A DNA stretch of 64,000 nt from Nitrosopumilus sp. (lineage in GTDB: Archaea; Thermoproteota; Nitrososphaeria; Nitrososphaerales; Nitrosopumilaceae): positions 1,632,001 through 1,696,000 of the forward strand of contig CBDBLO010000002.1 in NCBI GenBank assembly GCA_965207075.1, in the 5' to 3' direction. The translations under genes and the position numbers were made by a program. Positions 61,006-64,000 of the stretch are shown piece by piece. The notes under the pieces were generated by a model. That model saw nothing but the letters and a program-made list of their open reading frames with translations, searched no databases and was not told the origin of the DNA. Each line of letters begins with the position of its first letter. Position 1 is the first letter of the stretch.

Positions 61006-62282
61006 CACTCCCAGAGCTCCCTTTTTACAAGCATCGCGCCGCCGTCGCCGTCCGCCTGCGCTACGCGCGACATCATGTCGCGGAGGCGTTCGGGCACCAT
61101 GTGCGCAAACTCCGGGTACACCGGGAACCTGCACTCGAGCCTGTACCCTGCCGCCTCCGTGTCCCGCCTCAGGCGCCGTATCGCGGGCCACGGAAACTCC
61201 GGGTTTACATAGTCCGGGGTGAGCGGGGAGACTCCCCCCCAGTCGTTTATCCCGACAGACAGAAACTCCCCGTACGTGCCAGGCGACAGGTTCGGGGGAA
61301 TCTGGATGTTCATGTCAGGCATCATCACCCGGCAGGCCGCCACGACGGCCATAAAGTAGGCCCTGTCGGCAGGGGGGGCGCGGCGCATGGCAGTGTCCGG
61401 CTTTGGCCAAAAGTTCTGTATTATCACCTCCTGGATGTGCCCGTACCGCCTGTGCATGTCGCGTATGACGCCAAGCGACTCGACGGCCTCGCGTACGGTC
61501 TCGCCTATCCCGAGCAGTATTCCGGTGGTCATGGGGATGCGGAGCCGGCCTGCGTCCTCCAGCACGGCGATCCTGGCCTCAGGGCGCTTGCTCGGGGCCA
61601 GGTAGTGGGCCCCCCCGGGCTCCGACGCGAGGCGGCCGCTCGAGGTCTCCAGCATCACGCCCATCGAGACGTTGGTTTTCTGCAGCTCCGCCATCTCGGG
61701 CCGCGTGAGGTTGCCGGCATTGGTGTGCGGAAACAGGCCCAGCTCAAGGGCCTTCCTAGACGCGTATGCGAGGCAGTCTGCCGTCGACTCGAACCCGTTC
61801 TCGCCGAGCCACCGGCGGGCCTCCTCGTACCGCTCCTCGGGGCGCTCGCCCGTGACAAGCAGCGCCTCTATGCACCCGTACCTCCTTGCCATCTGCAGCG
61901 AGAGGTCGATCTGCTGCCTGGACATCATCACGGACTTTGTCTGCCCCGGCTCGGCCTTGTACGTGCAGTAGGAGCAGATGTCGCGGCACAGGTTTATCAC
62001 GTTGATGAACGCCTTTTTTGAGAACGTCACGGTACGGGACTTGTGCCGTGACTGGAGTATCCGCGCGGCCGCGAACAGCGCGCGCGGATCGCCATCGCCA
62101 TGATCGCGGCTTGCAGGACGGAGGGACGCGTCACGGGCGCCGCGGTACTCCGAGCAGGCGGCGGCAGCGTCGCTCACGATATCTGTCATCTCAGGGACTC
62201 CTGCCGCCCTGCCGCCCTCCAGGACGCCGTTGAGGCATTCGGAACCGGGTACGAGCTTGCTCAACAGTTCGACTCGAGTCAT
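61005..62282 (-). CDS. cofG: FO synthase subunit CofG
   Basis: CRDICSYCTY, PHTNAG, TTGILLGIGE, IQNF, QIPPNL, DWGGVSP. Confidence 0.95.
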   Translation of the reverse strand: MTRVELLSKLVPGSECLNGVLEGGRAAGVPEMTDIVSDAAAACSEYRGARDASLRPASRDHGDGDPRALFAAARILQSRHKSRTVTFSKKAFINVINLCRDICSYCTYKAEPGQTKSVMMSRQQIDLSLQMARRYGCIEALLVTGERPEERYEEARRWLGENGFESTADCLAYASRKALELGLFPHTNAGNLTRPEMAELQKTNVSMGVMLETSSGRLASEPGGAHYLAPSKRPEARIAVLEDAGRLRIPMTTGILLGIGETVREAVESLGVIRDMHRRYGHIQEVIIQNFWPKPDTAMRRAPPADRAYFMAVVAACRVMMPDMNIQIPPNLSPGTYGEFLSVGINDWGGVSPLTPDYVNPEFPWPAIRRLRRDTEAAGYRLECRFPVYPEFAHMVPERLRDMMSRVAQADGDGGAMLVKRELWE

Positions 62283-62321
62283 GAGGTATTTATGCTTGTA
62301 CGGGAATGGCGCGTCCGGAAC

Positions 62322-62344
62322 GGTGGTGGTGGTGGTGGTGGTGG
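62322..62344. repeat. (GGT)n intergenic microsatellite
   Basis: About seven perfect units. Confidence 0.85.
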
Positions 62345-62512
62345 AAAGGAGCTGGGTGGAGACCGGCGCGCGCCTGCAGGCGCGGCGTGCGGCGCGGCCT
62401 GGCCGTTCCGGGCATTGGCCGGATTGACATGCGGACGGCCTCGGCGCCGGAGGGCTTGCAGCCTGCTGCGCGAACCATCATGGTACGCTCAAAGGTGACA
62501 ATTAGGAAAAGA

Positions 62513-63691
62513 TCAGCCCGGCCTCTGCTGCAGCGTCAGCTGCAGCTCCATCATCTGGCCGTCGCGCAGGATGTCGAGCTCCAGCGTGTCGCCCACCGAC
62601 TTTGAGCGCTGCAGGTGTATCAATATGTCGTCTATCTTCCTGACGTCCTGGCCGTCTATTCCAAGTATGACGTCCCCGCCTATCCTCAGCTCCTCGCCGC
62701 GTATCACCACCGTGTCCTCAGACGGCATCAGCCCGGCCTCGTCGGCGGGGCTGCCGCCGATTATGTCCACCACGAGGAACCCGACTGTCTCCTCAAGGTT
62801 CATGAGCCTGGCAGTCTCGGGGCCGATGTCCCTGCCGGATATCCCGATCCAGGGGTGCGCGTACGAGCCGTCTGTAATCAGGGTGGGGGCGACCTTTACC
62901 AAGGTCTGGGAGGATATCGCGAACCCGACCCCCGCAAACTCGCCCGTGGTGGACTGTATGGCGTTGTTTATGCCTATGACCTCGCCCCTCATGTTCAGCA
63001 GGGGTCCGCCGGAGTTGCCCGGGTTTATGGCCGCGTCGGTCTGTATCACGTCGGGTATCGAGTAGCCCGAGCCGGACGGCAGCAGCCTGCCCACCTGGCT
63101 CACTATTCCAGCCGTCATGGAGCCGGACAGCCCAAACGGGTTTCCGATTGCGGCAATCGGCTCGCCGACCCTGAGGCCGGAGGAGTCGCCAAACGCAAGG
63201 GGCCGAAGCAGGTCGGGATCCACGTCCACCCGCAGTATGGCAATGTCGGTGAACTTGTCCACGCCCACCACCTCGGCCACGTATGAGCGGCCGTCAAGGA
63301 ACGTGACGTATATGCTCTCGGCCATCTGCACCACGTGCGAGTTTGTCATGATGTGCCCCTTCTTGTCGTATACGAATCCCGAGCCGACCCCGCCGTCGTT
63401 GACCACCACGTCCGAGCTGCGCTGCACGTTGATCCGAACCACGCCGGGCTCGGTCTTTTCAAATATCTCCACGAGTGTGAGATCGCGAGAAGCAGACGCC
63501 TTTGCGCCCGAGGCGGCATGCTCGGAGAGCGTCTGCAGGTCGCCGCCGTGGCCGTTGGTAACAAAGGGCGCCGGTTCAGTCGGGTCGCCGCCGTCCGCGC
63601 TCCACATGGGCCCCACCACAAACACGAACATTACGGAGGCCGCGATTATGGCGCCCACCACGCCGCCGGCAAGCACGCCAGAGTTTCCCAT
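62513..63691 (-). CDS. HtrA/DegP-like trypsin serine protease with a PDZ domain
   Basis: GSGF, TNSHVV, DIA, QTDAAINPGNSGGPL, C-terminal PDZ. Confidence 0.95.
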   Translation of the reverse strand: MGNSGVLAGGVVGAIIAASVMFVFVVGPMWSADGGDPTEPAPFVTNGHGGDLQTLSEHAASGAKASASRDLTLVEIFEKTEPGVVRINVQRSSDVVVNDGGVGSGFVYDKKGHIMTNSHVVQMAESIYVTFLDGRSYVAEVVGVDKFTDIAILRVDVDPDLLRPLAFGDSSGLRVGEPIAAIGNPFGLSGSMTAGIVSQVGRLLPSGSGYSIPDVIQTDAAINPGNSGGPLLNMRGEVIGINNAIQSTTGEFAGVGFAISSQTLVKVAPTLITDGSYAHPWIGISGRDIGPETARLMNLEETVGFLVVDIIGGSPADEAGLMPSEDTVVIRGEELRIGGDVILGIDGQDVRKIDDILIHLQRSKSVGDTLELDILRDGQMMELQLTLQQRPG

Positions 63692-63820
63692 GACCCGCGA
63701 CCGCTAGGTTGACCTAAAAGGGTTTGCCAACCGGCGCGGTCCGGCCCCTTAGCCCTGCACTGGTCCGGATTCGTCGGGGGTGCTGGCAGTCGGACTCTGT
63801 TGCCGCTGCCGCCGTCACGG

Positions 63821-64000
63821 TCAGTCGACCTTGTACGCGACCTTGTAGTAGAATCTGGACACCTGGTCGTCCTTGAGCACGTTTACGGTCCACGTCATGT
63901 CCGGCAGATAGTCCTCCCCGGCCCCGGTATGTATGGCAAAGTATTCGAGCCTCTTGTCGGGCCCTCCGTACACCACCCTCAGGGGCGTCCCGTCCTCGAG
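63821..64000 (-). CDS. 3' end of a hypothetical gene (partial)
   Basis: Open frame LEDGTPLRVVYGG...FYYKVAYKVD*. Confidence 0.6.
   Translation of the reverse strand, partial: LEDGTPLRVVYGGPDKRLEYFAIHTGAGEDYLPDMTWTVNVLKDDQVSRFYYKVAYKVD

Overview
This is a GC-rich archaeal chromosome segment. Its gene set points to Nitrososphaerota (Thaumarchaeota), family Nitrosopumilaceae: TFB, SRP54, Pus10, class I LysRS, L40e/S24e/S27ae, XPB-Bax1, CofG/CofH, an aro operon with archaeal shikimate kinase, and thiC/thiDN. A host-associated Cenarchaeum-like lineage is possible (inference). Most of the window is core housekeeping genes, apparently often leaderless, with a TATA box about 25 nt before the start codon. 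Four things are unusual. (1) Two different IS481-family elements are stacked head-to-tail at exactly the same site, separated and flanked by three perfect copies of a 15-bp sequence that abuts the BRE-TATA of the aIF1/SUI1 gene; this is the best candidate for an undescribed promoter-targeted transposition system. (2) A 2.6-kb tandem duplication (rpl40e 3' end, ABC solute-binding gene, tRNA-Val) shows mosaic identity, a pseudo-tRNA and a tRNA-Val(CAC) with a BHB intron at 44/45, followed by a decayed integrative island. (3) Trinucleotide-repeat and low-complexity expansions are widespread inside and between core genes. (4) Several microproteins are missing from the ORF track, and purM lacks a canonical in-frame start. 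All product calls come from motif recognition by eye; no database searches were run.
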